Below, in pieces: positions 51,266 through 62,900 of a stretch of 64,000 nt of DNA. The position numbers and the translations under genes were made by a program. The stretch lies in the NCBI GenBank assembly GCA_964016885.1, contig OZ024760.1, positions 34,968,001 through 35,032,000 on the forward strand. The letters are read 5' to 3'. Each line of letters starts with the position of its first letter. Within the stretch, counting starts at the first letter, position 1. This stretch comes from Eledone cirrhosa. Lineage: Eukaryota. The notes under the pieces were generated by a model that was not told the origin of the DNA, did no database searches, and was given only the letters and a program-made list of their open reading frames with translations.

Positions 51266-52469
51266 TACACTACTATTTCCTTCAAATTAATGTGTTTGAG
51301 ATTTGTAGAAGCTATTGATATATTAAATATTGCATATAATCTACTAATATCCTCCAAATTAAAGAGTTCAATTCCTTTACAAGCCTTTTCTGTATTAATT
51401 ATAGCAAATATACTACTATTTCCTCCAAATATATTAGTTTTAGTTCTTTAGAAGCCATTTCTGTATTAAATATTTCATATAGTCTACTATTTTCTTCGAA
51501 TTGAGGATTCTATTAATATAATATTATTAATATCCTTCAAATTAAAGAGTTCTAATGCTTTATAAGCCATCTCTGTGTTAAATATTGCATATATACTACT
51601 ATTTCCTCCAAATATATTAGTTCTAGTTATGTCAAAACCATTCCTGTTTTAAATATGACATAATCTACCAATACCCTTCAAATTAAAGAGTTTTAGTGCT
51701 TCAGAATCCATTTCTGTATTAAATATCGCATATATACTATTATTTCCTCCAAATATTTTACTCCTTTAGAAACCATTTCTTTATTAAATATTGTATATTC
51801 TCTATTATTTCCGTTGAATGAGGCAGTTCTAGTACTGTAGAGGCCATTTGTATATTAAATATTGTATATACTTTACTATTTGCTTCGAATAAGGCAGTTC
51901 TTGAGTTTTAGTAGCAATTTCTATATTAAATATTGTATATACTCTACTAATTCACTCGAAAAAGAGAAGCCATTTCTATATTAATTACTGTATATACTCA
52001 ACTCTTTCATTCGAATGAGAGAATTATAGTCCTGTAGAAGCATTATCTACATTAAATAACTATATATAGAGCAGATTTAGATCTTTAGAAGCCATTTCTA
52101 TATTAAATATTGTATCTACTAATCCACTCGAATGAGACAGTTCTAAGCTTGTAGAAGCCATTTCTTTATTATATATTGTATATAATCTATAATTTACTTT
52201 TGCATGATAAAATTCTAGTACTGTAGAAGCCATTTCGATAATAAATATTGTATGTACCCTGGCAGTAGTAGTAGTATGGTATGGATCTGTAACTATTGAG
52301 TGAATCGTTAGGGTGCAATATTGACATACAGCATTTTTGGGGTGTTTTTAAACCTAGCGGAGCCTATCCCCTCTCCAGGCCAATGTACAGCAGATTTCCT
52401 CCAGAGAAGGATAGAGAAAGTAAGAGAACAGAAGTGAGAAAGAGATACAGAGGAAGAATCGACCACAGT

Positions 52470-53790
52470 ACTAGATTTGTACTGTTTTTAGTGACCTCGA
52501 ATGGATGAAAGGCCAAGTTGACCTCGGTAGAATTTGAACTAAGAGAGCAGACAGCCAAATCGAAGTACTGCCAAGTTCTGCCACGTACTTTATCAGATCT
52601 TGTAACAACTCAGCAGTAGTAGTATAAATATAAAAATTACAAGAACAACAATAACAATTTCATTTTTATTTTAAATAAGGCAGTTACCTAAATAAGTAAC
52701 AATAAAAACAACAATGGCAAAATAATAATTGTTTCTACTTTTGGCACAAGGCCAGCAATTATCTCAGTGCATTACTGGTACTTTATTTAATCGACCCCGT
52801 AAGGATGAAAGGCAAAGTTAACCTCAGCGGGATTTAAACTCAGATCGTAAAGGGCATTACTCTATGCTGCAAAGCATGTCATCTGACCCTCTACCAATAC
52901 TGCCAATCCAAAAATAATAATTGACACAAAGCTTTCTATTTGAAGAGAAAGGGAGAAAGCTGATTAAATTAACCCCAGTGCATTACTGGTACTTTATTTC
53001 ATCGGCCCCAGTGCTTACGGGGTCGATAAAATAAAGTACCAGTAATGTACTGGGATAATTGCTGGCCTTGTGCCAAAAGAAGAAATAATTATTTATATTA
53101 ACATCATAATGGAGCGCATTGTTTTTTGTTTTTTTTAAAGATTGAAATAGGGTGAAGGACAAAAATGGTTAAGAATCATTGGCACATACTCTGTTGTGTG
53201 TTCCAGTTGAGGCCATGCTGGGGCATTGCCATACTAAATAACATTTTTTTTATATTCACAACTCATATGGTTTGATGCTCCACCCATTTTGCCAAACCAA
53301 TAATAATTAGAATTTCTCATAATTTTTTTTTAAATAAAATTTATTTCTAATATCAATATAACAAAAATAACAATGTTAATAATTGAAAGAATATTAATGA
53401 TTATGATTATAATTTGTTTCCAGTTATCTCAAAAGACACAAATGGTCACGAAAAGGGTTAAGATGTTGAAACAGTCCCTTGAATCTTAACGGTATTTACA
53501 CGGCAACAACACTTCCTTCATGGGTATACAGTAAGAACCCACATGCCTGTCGGAAATATTCATTTTATAAAACCTGAAAGTAAGAGAAATAAAAATTACA
53601 ACAGCAATAGTAGCTGGCAATAATAATATTTTTTTCTGATTTGGCAACAAGACCAAAAACCTTTGGGGAAAGGGAAAGTCAATTTAATCAACCCCAGTGC
53701 ATTACTGGTACTTCATTTTATTGACCCCCTAACTAACTTTGGCAGAATTTGAAACATGAAGGGTTGTAACAAAATACTGCAATGCTTTTC
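52470..53790. mobile_element. Cluster of Meta-type SINE copies: 52470-52620 (-), 52728-52910 (-), 52920-53010 (-), 53015-53090 (+), 53630-53790 (-)
   Basis: TACTGGTACTTTATT..ATCGACCCC..GGATGAAAGGCAAAGTT.ACCTC motif recurs. Confidence 0.8.
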
Positions 53791-54718
53791 ATCTAACATT
53801 ACAGAGTGTACTTGGTGCATTTTATCGTAGCACCACCACTACCATTTTACAGAGTGGGCTGGGTGTATTTCTGGATGAGCACTCTAATCCAACATAATTC
53901 TAAAGCAGAGTTTTTGAATAAGTATATCACTGGAAATGTTTCTAAATCTGAAGGTTTACCTTTGAAAAGTAGGAGGGCTGATGTATCATCCAGCGCTTCT
54001 CTCTCCCACTCCTTTCCTTGGTGAAAGACCCATTTTGGGGTAATGATAACACTTGAAAGACTTTAGTGGATGGAGTTTAGCTGTGCTGTGTATAGAGCTT
54101 ATAACATATCCAGAGACTTATCTCATGAGATTCAGGAATTTACCTCAGAGAACTGGAGATAGCAATGTAGAGGAATGTCTGGATTGTGGAGGAATTGTTG
54201 AGTGTTCCAACCAACAACAGGTTGAAGGATGGTGATGAGGGTGATGATGTTATAACTTTGTTCCCCACCCCCACCACCATCTCAGAAGCCTTGAAGACAG
54301 TGGCATGTGCTGCCTGTTTTTCTCTGACTAAACCATAAAAAAATATCAACTTACTTATTGTTAGATAAGAAATACAACTTATCATTTACACCTAACACTG
54401 AATCAATGCGTTTTGGGATATTTATAAAAAAAGTGCAAAGGCGGGTAACCTCTGCCATCTGTAATGTGTTTTGGCATCAATTCCCCAAAATATCCGTCCT
54501 GTTGAATAGAAATTGAAGAAAAAACAAGGTGGTTATGAAAGCTTAATTATTCTTTGAAATTACTGGTATCCCACAGACTTTCTTAAAAATTGCAAAATAT
54601 GTGTTTTGGACCTAATCAATAACAAGAACTAGGATGGTTAAAAAGGTTCACTACCTGATTATGGTAAAAATCACTAACCAATAACTATTAATTAATTCAT
54701 TGTATATATATATATATA

Positions 54719-55140
54719 TCATCATCATCATCATCACCGTTTTACGTCCGTTCTTCCACGCTAGCATGGGTTAGACGGGTTGTTCTGATATGGGCAGTGT
54801 CCGGTCGGCTGACCTTATCTTGCTCATACGGGAACTGACTTGATTTCTACAGCTGGATGCCCTTCCTAACACCAACCTAATTTACAGTGAGTGCTGGGTG
54901 CTTTTTTGCCGTGGCACCTACACGACCACTTTACAGTGTGGGCTGGGTGCTTTTTTGCTGTGGCACCTCCACGACCACTTTGCAGTGTAAGGGTGTCTAT
55001 ATGTTTCAGCTTCAGCTTGTACCCATGGGGGGTCGGGTCTTCTGTATTACTGCGTGACGCCAGAGGTCACGGTCCTGTGTCATTGCCTTTGAGAGGTGTA
55101 ATTGGATAAGGTCGGTTTTTATCACCTCATCCCAGGTCTT
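54719..55140 (-). mobile_element. 5'-truncated RTE 3' end, same subfamily as 40236-40675
   Basis: KTWDEVIK.DL..LHL coding end plus near-identical 3' UTR and (GAT)n tail. Confidence 0.88.
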
Positions 55141-55272
55141 ATTTCAAGTAAAATACATTGGTTGATCAATTAATCAACCAACTGTTATGTAAACAGACAT
55201 AAGCACTCCACGTCATGGGTACCTCAAGGTATTACCTCTAAGGTATCAGACGGAATGTCAATATTATATACA

Positions 55273-55714
55273 CAGTGGAACCTCAGTTCACAAATTTAAT
55301 TCGTTCTTAAAGGCTGTTTGTCACCTGAAATGTTCATAGTGTGTGTGTGCATGCTCATATGTGTGTGTGTGTGTGTATGTGCAAGCATGTGTATGAGTCT
55401 CTTCATGCGGAATATATAAAAAAGTGAATTCCAGATGCATGTTATCATTTTTACAAGTATAGTTCATGCCCCTACCAAACTGAAACTATGTTTCTCATAT
55501 GAAATGTTGAGAGAAATATAGTAGAGGGAAAGACTGTATGTGAAAGACAGATAGATATCACCATAGTAACTAACTATACAGCAAGTGATGCTTTTCTGCT
55601 TATAATCCCAGTTTGTCACCAACCATTGTTGCCAGCTGGTGGGTTCGTTACTTAAGACACTGTGAACCGAGATGTTTTATCTTCAGAAAAATTGTTTATG
55701 AACCGAAGTTCCAC

Positions 55715-55716
<2 letters not shown>
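55273..55716. mobile_element. Non-autonomous Tc1/mariner (Tigger/pogo-like) MITE
   Basis: TIRs CAGTGGAACCTCAGTTCA / TGAACCGAAGTTCCACTG; no ORF. Confidence 0.65.
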
Positions 55717-55768
<52 letters not shown>

Positions 55769-55968
55769 TATATGAATATGCTTTAACGCCTCTTGACAAA
55801 ATATGATTAAATATTCACTTTGCGCAAATAACACGCTATAATGCATGTGGGTTTTAATTTTTTTAAATTACACTTGAAATACGCAAATTTGCTTTATGCA
55901 CCGCATGCACAAATGCATCTTCGTGTAAAAAGCAAACGTCCCTTCAATCTTTCTAATTTCTTATTCTT

Positions 55969-56004
55969 TCTTCTGATGAAGGACTAGCCTCCGAAACGTT
56001 AAGA
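55969..56004 (+). ncRNA. Ultra-minimal hammerhead motif (family K)
   Basis: TCTT-CTGATGA-A-GGA-CTAGCC-TCC-GAAA-CG-TT-AAGA; palindromic AACGTT across stem III. Confidence 0.68.
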
Positions 56005-56452
56005 CTCTCTTCCTGCTATTTCAAGCATTAAACTAATATATTCCTTCCATATACTGTACTGGTTGTGTTGTTATTTATGTTTACTTTTTACTTACATATA
56101 TGTATATATATGATTTGTATGTATGTGTATATATGTGTGTGTGTGTATGTGTGTGTATGTATGTATGTATATATGTCATGTCTTTAACTCATATTTATTA
56201 CAAAACTCCTGACAGATTTATAATAGCCATACGCCATGGTCAGGCCCATCATGGCCTCCATATGTGCAGCATTACTGTTTGACAGTGTTATTGAGTAATC
56301 ATATTCAAGTGTGAAAGCTGTGCCAGCATTTTGAACTCTAAAGGCTACAATATTTTACCTAAACAAATGAAATAAAATAAATTTACATATTTACTATAAT
56401 GGAGCTAATTGGCATATATATATATATATAAGTCAGACATCTTGAAATATAT

Positions 56453-56737
56453 ATCATCATCATCGTTTAACGTCCATCTTCCACGCTTGCATGGGTTTGG
56501 ACAGGAGTTTTCCCACTTGAGGCAAGATTGGTTGTCCTGCTCGTATAGGACTGTCTGGCGGGTTTTCTACGGCTGGATGCCCTTCCTAACACCAACCACG
56601 TTTACAGTGTGGACTGGGAGGTTTTTACCGTGTTACTTACACGGCCACATTACAGCGTGGACTGTGTGTTTTTTTGTTGTGACACCTACACGGCCTCATT
56701 TGTTTCGGACTGGATGTTGTGGTACCAACATAACTTC

Positions 56738-56740
<3 letters not shown>
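56453..56740 (-). mobile_element. RTE 3' UTR fragment
   Basis: Matches 7219-7520. Confidence 0.88.
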
Positions 56741-56820
<80 letters not shown>

Positions 56821-56823
<3 letters not shown>

Positions 56824-56980
56824 AGGTTTAGCAAATAATGAAAAAGTTTCAAAATAAATTTTAAAAAATTGACTTTACCTACTATAGTTACCTTTACCGA
56901 TCGGTAAAGGTAACTATAGTAGGTAAAGTCAATTTTTAAAAATTTATTTTGAAACTTTTTCATTATTTGCTAAACCTTGT
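56821..56980. repeat. 160-bp spacerless palindrome; right arm continues to ~57095
   Basis: Centre ACCGA|TCGGT at 56900/56901; one mismatch seen; flanked by (TA)n. Confidence 0.95.
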
Positions 56981-57091
56981 TTATATTTGTTCTGGTTCGT
57001 TAATTTATTAACCTGCCATTGAACCACACTGGCATTTGGTTGGACAATACATGCGTACATTAGCGCCTTGTGCATGAAGGAACACATATCC

Positions 57092-57129
<38 letters not shown>

Positions 57130-57411
57130 CATAAGCTAAATATTAACATACATACCATAAGCTAAATAGACTTTATTTGTTTCCTCAGAATAGATATGGC
57201 AGCTTCTACACGGCCAGAACCATGTTTAAAGACAGTGTTAATAGAGAGCTTGCGGCTAGTTACACTGCTGATCACATATTTCTGGTCAATAAACACATTG
57301 TCAACTCTAAGACTAAAACTATAAGAGGAGGAAGGAAACAATTTAAAACAATTTCAAACATGGTGGATCATTGAAGAAGAATATCACTGAGCTATTTAGG
57401 CAACTTTGAAA

Positions 57412-58075
57412 TGAAGGAGATGATGGTGGTGATGGTGATGATGATGGTAATGGTGATGATGGTGATGGCGATAGTGATGGTGATGATGATGGTGGTGATG
57501 ATGATGATGATGGTGATGATAGTGATGATGATGATGGTGATGAGGAGGAGGAAGGAGGAAGGAGGAAGAAGGCAAGTGTGAGGTGGGGAGTTCAATATGA
57601 GGTGGGGACAAAGGTTTGAGAGGGGAGGGAAGAAAGTATGGGGGTGTAAGAAGTAAGGGCAAGGTAAATACGAAAAGAGGAGGGTGAAGGGGTGAGTAAA
57701 AGGTGGAGGAAGGGATGAGTAAGAGGGTAGGTGAGTAAAAGATTGGGGGCAAGGCAAAGCAAGAGTGGGAGTAGTGTGAGTAAAAGGGGAGTAAGAAATT
57801 AATTAGATGTGGTGGGGCTGAGTACGAAGGGAGGAAGGTAAAAGGTAGGGGGGCAGTAAGATGGGGGGTGAGAGGGCAGTAAAATGGGGTGAGGGAGGAA
57901 GAGGCAGTAAGATCAGGGGGGAGTAAGATCGGGGGGGTGAGGGGAGGAACAGTAAGATCAGTGGTGAGGGGGGCAGTAAGATAGGGGGTGAGGGGAGGGG
58001 CTGTAAGACGGGGTGAGGGGAAATGCAGTAAGATGGGGTAAGGGAGAGGCAGTAAGATGGGGGGTGAGTAGATAA
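57412..58075. repeat. (GAT/GGT)n triplet repeat plus G-rich minisatellite (GGCAGTAAGATGGGGGGTGAGG-like)
   Basis: Direct inspection. Confidence 0.85.
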
Positions 58076-58221
58076 GGAAATATTCTGTAAAAACACAATG
58101 TCTGACCTCTCATTGTAGCAACAACTTTCCTATATTGTTGGTTTCAATATCCATTTCCCATTGGCCGGCGGGTTGTTGAATCTGGTCGAGATGTCTGTCT
58201 CCTATTACCTATAATAATAAT

Positions 58222-58368
58222 AATTGTTTCTACTTTAGGCTCAAGGCCAGCAATTTCGTGGGAGAGGAAAGTCGATTAAATCGACCCCAATGCGTTACTG
58301 GTACTTTACTTTATTGACCCCGTGAGGACGAAAGGCAAAGTTAACCTTGGCGGGATTTGAACTCAGAA
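58222..58368 (-). mobile_element. Meta-type SINE copy
   Basis: Same core and tail as 36885-37080. Confidence 0.8.
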
Positions 58369-58369
58369 A

Positions 58370-58812
58370 TTCTGAGAAGTGGTATGATTATAAGCCAGAG
58401 TTGGTGATACAGACAGACAAGAAATTAGAACACAATAGGCCTGACCTGGTGGTTTGTGACAATGAAAAAAGATCGTGCCTGATTGTAGATGTAGCCTGTC
58501 CCTTTGAGTGCAAGACAAGGAGAAGGAGAAAATTGACCGATACCAGGATTTAAATTGGAAACTAAAAAGGATTTGGGACTGTCATAGGAGCTCTAGGTAC
58601 TATCGCAAAGTGTTTTCAAGCATGGCTAAAGAACATTAGTCCATCCCCCTTTTTTGGAACACTTTCAAAAGGCATGCTTGCTGGGTTCAGCAAGAGCCCT
58701 CCGATATGTCCTGAATATCTGAGGCTGCAGTACGCGACTTGATATTCATTTCAGAACAAAATTTCCAGTTAGATAACATCAATGACTGAGACTCAAAGAA
58801 TAATAAGAATAA
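58370..58812 (+). mobile_element. R4/Dong-type non-LTR 3' fragment (restriction-like endonuclease)
   Basis: WY.YKPE..IQTDK.LEHNRPDLVV......C.IVDVACP..EK..RY.DL...IGALG..KA.LLGSA..LR.VL; TAATAAGAATAA tail. Confidence 0.8.
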
Positions 58813-59117
58813 CTTGTTCGGGTTTGTTCATTTTCTATGAAAAGTTACATATAGGTAAACGTGGCTTGGAAGCGAATAAGCTTATCAATTAAGTGCATAA
58901 AGCAGTTGAACCGGTTATTAAAAATTACGAACCAATTAGCATTTTGGACAATCAATGATGGGTTAATAATCTTCCAATAGCGAATTTAGCAGACCAAAGT
59001 TGCAAGATGGTGGCCCTGATGCCGCTGGGTGTCAGATCTGTCCGCCATGGGTGACCCTGCCAGGAAATAATTTTCCAGGCGCCATAGCTCTAACACCTCC
59101 AACACCTGCACCAACAT

Positions 59118-59380
59118 CTATAGCACCTCTTTGTAGGCGATATTGCGTGTCATCCCTTGAGGAGTGTAAGCAAAAAGTCCATTCCTGCTCCCTACGCGGG
59201 AACAGGCAACATAAAGTTGGCCATGGGAGAAGCATGGCTTCCCCAAATGGATGCCCGCCACCGACAATGTTTGCCCTTGTGACTTGTTAATGGACATGGC
59301 AAAACATGGTCTCACCGGTAATTGGGATCGCCGGAAATCGAACAGGATATCTGACGCCGAGGGGAAAAGGTTCATCCTTG
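59118..59380 (-). pseudogene. Helitron PIF1-like helicase C-terminal remnant
   Basis: RRSQLPVRPCFAMSINKSQGQTL..AGI.L..PCFSHGQLYVACSRV..T.NI.YKEVL. Confidence 0.88.
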
Positions 59381-59934
59381 GCAGTGTATTCGGCAGAATT
59401 GCCAGAAGTACAACACTATGGGTGTTGTCATATTAATATTTAACCAATGAAAGTTGTAAAAAATAAATAATTTAAACATTCCGATTCATATGTCTATAGC
59501 ATTAATCTGTTATATGAAGTGTTATTTTGCGGGTTGTTATTTGCAATAAGCCGATTTAAAATACCACAGAAAAGTCTATTATAAAGAGAGGGAAGAGCGA
59601 CGGGAGAGCGTTATGACTATGTTTGTTGTTGTATAAAATGATGTGTTGCTTAGTTTTCAAAGTTTATGTTGCGTTCCTGAACGAAGTTTTGTCGCTGTTG
59701 GGTAGTAGAGAGAGTGAATAAGCGTGTAAGAGAGAGGGTTACAGCATGTATTTAGTTTTATCGATTTTTTTTCATAGAAACAGGAAATGTTTGGCAAAGT
59801 TTATTACGCGTTGACCATCGTTGGTAAATTTGGAGCACATTAGAAAAAAATCATCAAAATCGGTAGAGAAATGTGGAAATGTATAAAAATCATACACACA
59901 CACAGACAGACATCTTCCGTTTTATATATATAGA

Positions 59935-62900
59935 GAGATAATAATAATAATAATAATAATGATAATAATAATAATAATGTTTTCTTTATTAACCACAAGG
60001 GTTTACATAAAGTAGACATTAAGGACAGTACAGGACAATACAGGACGGTACACATGGGCATTTCTGCGTGTAAAAAACAGAGGATGTAATAAAATAACAA
60101 AGAAAAATTCCCCAATAGGGGGGGGGAGACTTCCGAGGGACATTTGTGGAGAAAGCCCATTAAAAGACCACAGTGACCCTGACCACCAGGGCAAGTGCCC
60201 TCTCCCAGTTTTCCACCTTTAATTTACAGACACATACTCATTCGGGCCATACTTGCTTTTCCACCTTTAATTTACAGACACATACTCATTCGGGCCATAC
60301 TTGCTTCTCTCACCCATATTTCAACAAAATGCTGGGAAGAGAGCACTTCCCCCGCTACCCTGATTTTCATTTTCAAATGAAATTTGAAAAAGTTAATCAG
60401 GGCATCACCGAAGAGGTAAGTGCTCGTCTTCAGCCCTTTCAAACGTGTCCACCATACTATCTCTTTCACCATGGCCACCAGACAGATAAAAACTGCCTGC
60501 CCTTCCCGGCTAAAGGAAGAGGGCGGGGCAATCCTCACGATGGACTCAGCTGATAGCTGGATCCGTCCTACACGTGACAGCAGGTGTTCGACATAAACCC
60601 ACAAGTCAGCAATGCTCGGACACTGGACGAGTGCGTGCAGGACGGTTTCGTCGCCCTGTGCGCATCTCGGACAAGCCCGGCTGACGGCACCTCCATGCCT
60701 GTAGAGTTTATCCCGAACTGGCAAGGCACCCCGGTAGCACTGCCAGGCCAGGGATTTCTGGAAGTTGTCCATAGGCCCCGGAAGAGGTGGAGATGTCGTA
60801 GCCTGAGCGCGTTCCTGCGCATCATCAGCCACGGCATGCCCAGCCCTCCACGTAGCGGGTGTTGACAGCAGATGGACCGCCTGACCATCGGAGCGCGTCC
60901 CTTCCACAAGAAGCGAAAGAGCAAACGCTCCAGCGCAGTCAGGCGAGGCTTAGGACAAGGTACGACGGTCAGGCGGTAGTAGATGACGGACGCGATGTAC
61001 GCGCTAGCCACCTCCGCTCGACCTTTCAGAGATAGCTTCCTCTCCGCCCATTTCTGGGTGAGAGAAGCCACCCTGCTCGTCACCTCGTCCCAGTTTTTGT
61101 CCGTCTGGAGGTCTGGACCGAATCAGACCCCTAGCAATTTAACCGGTCCGTCCGTCCAGCGCCCGACGACGCTGTTGGACGGCATGGACCTGCCTCTCCA
61201 GGTGTCGAGCTGCAGGCCCACTGACTTTTCCTGGTTGATCATTGCTCCTGTCACCGCTTCGTATTCTCTTAGTGTAGTGCCGATCGCCTCGATGTGTTTG
61301 GCGTTCGACACCACTACGGTGACATCGTCCGCATATGCTGACACGGATCTTCCGCATCCTAGTTCGCGCGGGACCCCCCTCAACGCCTCTAGTTTGTGCA
61401 GTAATGGCTCGAGAGTCAATACGTACAATAGGGACGAGAGGGGACATCCTTGGCGGACCGAGCGCATGATGTTGAACGGTTCCGAAAGGTGACCGTTCAC
61501 TCTCACTACAGTGCAGATGTCGCTGTGCATGGCAGCGATCCAGCCTCTGAAGACGGGCCCAAAGCAAGCCGCCCTCAGGACTGCCGCTAGGTAACGATGG
61601 TCGACCCTATCGAAGGCTTTCGACTGATCTAAATTGATCAAGGACCCACCCGTGCCAGGTTCCCTAGCTACCCTCTCTACGATGTATCGCATGAGGTGGA
61701 GGTTGTCGTGGATGGATCTGTCGGGAATGGCGCATGACTGTGCCTCTCCCACCAGACCACCAACGACAAGCGCCAACCTCTTTGCTAGCACCTTGGCCAA
61801 AATCTTGAACTCTGTGTTTAGCAGAGTTATGGGCCTAAAATTATCTATGTTATCCCCCTTGTTCGTAACCTTTCTCAGCAGTGCCACCGCTCCTCGGCTC
61901 ACAGAGCTGGGAATTTTCCCGTTCTGTTGCCAGTTGCAGTAGACGTCCGCCAAGAGGCCTCCGAACAAGTCTGGCATTTGTACGTAAAGTTCACAGGGCA
62001 GACCATCTAAACCAGGCGATTTACCCCTTGTGCAGCCAGTCATTGCCTCCCGTACTTCAGCGGTTGTTATCGACTTTTCGCAACAATCCGCCTCAGTGGC
62101 CGAAAGCCGCGGCAGTCCGTCGTCGAGGTAGACACTAAAGTCCATCCCTCGATCCGGCCCGCCACTGCCCCGAACAGTTGAGCGAAGTGTCGCTGAAAAG
62201 CTTCACACATTTGCCCGGGATCGAGTAGCATGCGCCCGTCGTGGTCCACCAAAAACCGGATCGTGGCTTTATTGCCACGACGCGCCTCTGCCACTCGGGC
62301 CCATTGAACGGATTTCGTCCCCTCGTGTCTGAGAGCACGCACCCTAGCTCTGACAACGCAGCCTTCGTGCTTTGCATTGAAGAATTGGTCAAGGGTCAAT
62401 TTCGCCGCAAGTACGTCGGTCGCGATGCCTTTGCTAAGCGCCTCGTCTAATTTTCTAACTAATTCTCCTTCTGCTCTATTTTTCTCTATTGCTAAAGCCT
62501 TACTAAACCTAATGGACTCTATTCTAATTGCTCTTTTCAGAGCAAACCACCACTTGTTGTTGACGATGGCCCCCGTCAACTAGTTCGCTAATCCGGTCTC
62601 TGTAGGCCTTGCGCGCTGGTAAGGACGCGTTTAGCTTCCAGTAGCCGGGTCCTCGTCTATGAAGCCTATCTAAGTCAAGCACACAGATAACGAATTTGTG
62701 GTCCGTGTAGCTGACTATCTTGAATTGTGGACAGCCTATGCTAGACCTATCTATTTCCCTACAAAATACTCTATCTAGATATGATCTGGATGACCCTATG
62801 CGATTTGTTCAAGTCCACATTGGTACATTCGGGAAATCCATTCGGTACCTGTCAGACAGTTCAAAACGCCTGAGCAGGTTGGTGAGACTCTTGCACCCTC

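Larger units (their letters stand above)
42624..52260. repeat. 71-bp satellite array interrupted by Gypsy 2 and SINEs
   Basis: AGAAGCCATTTCTGTATTAAATATTGCATATACACTACTATTTCCTTC..; GAAGC at ~42688, 42759, 42830; the array resumes at 50681. Confidence 0.92.

Noticed and set aside
42624-52260. CRISPR-like periodic repeat
   Set aside because: The whole 71-bp unit is repeated with no unique spacers, there are no cas genes, and the context is eukaryotic.
57396-57752. Poly-His ORF
   Set aside because: Product of a (CAT/CAC)n triplet repeat; no splice or domain support.
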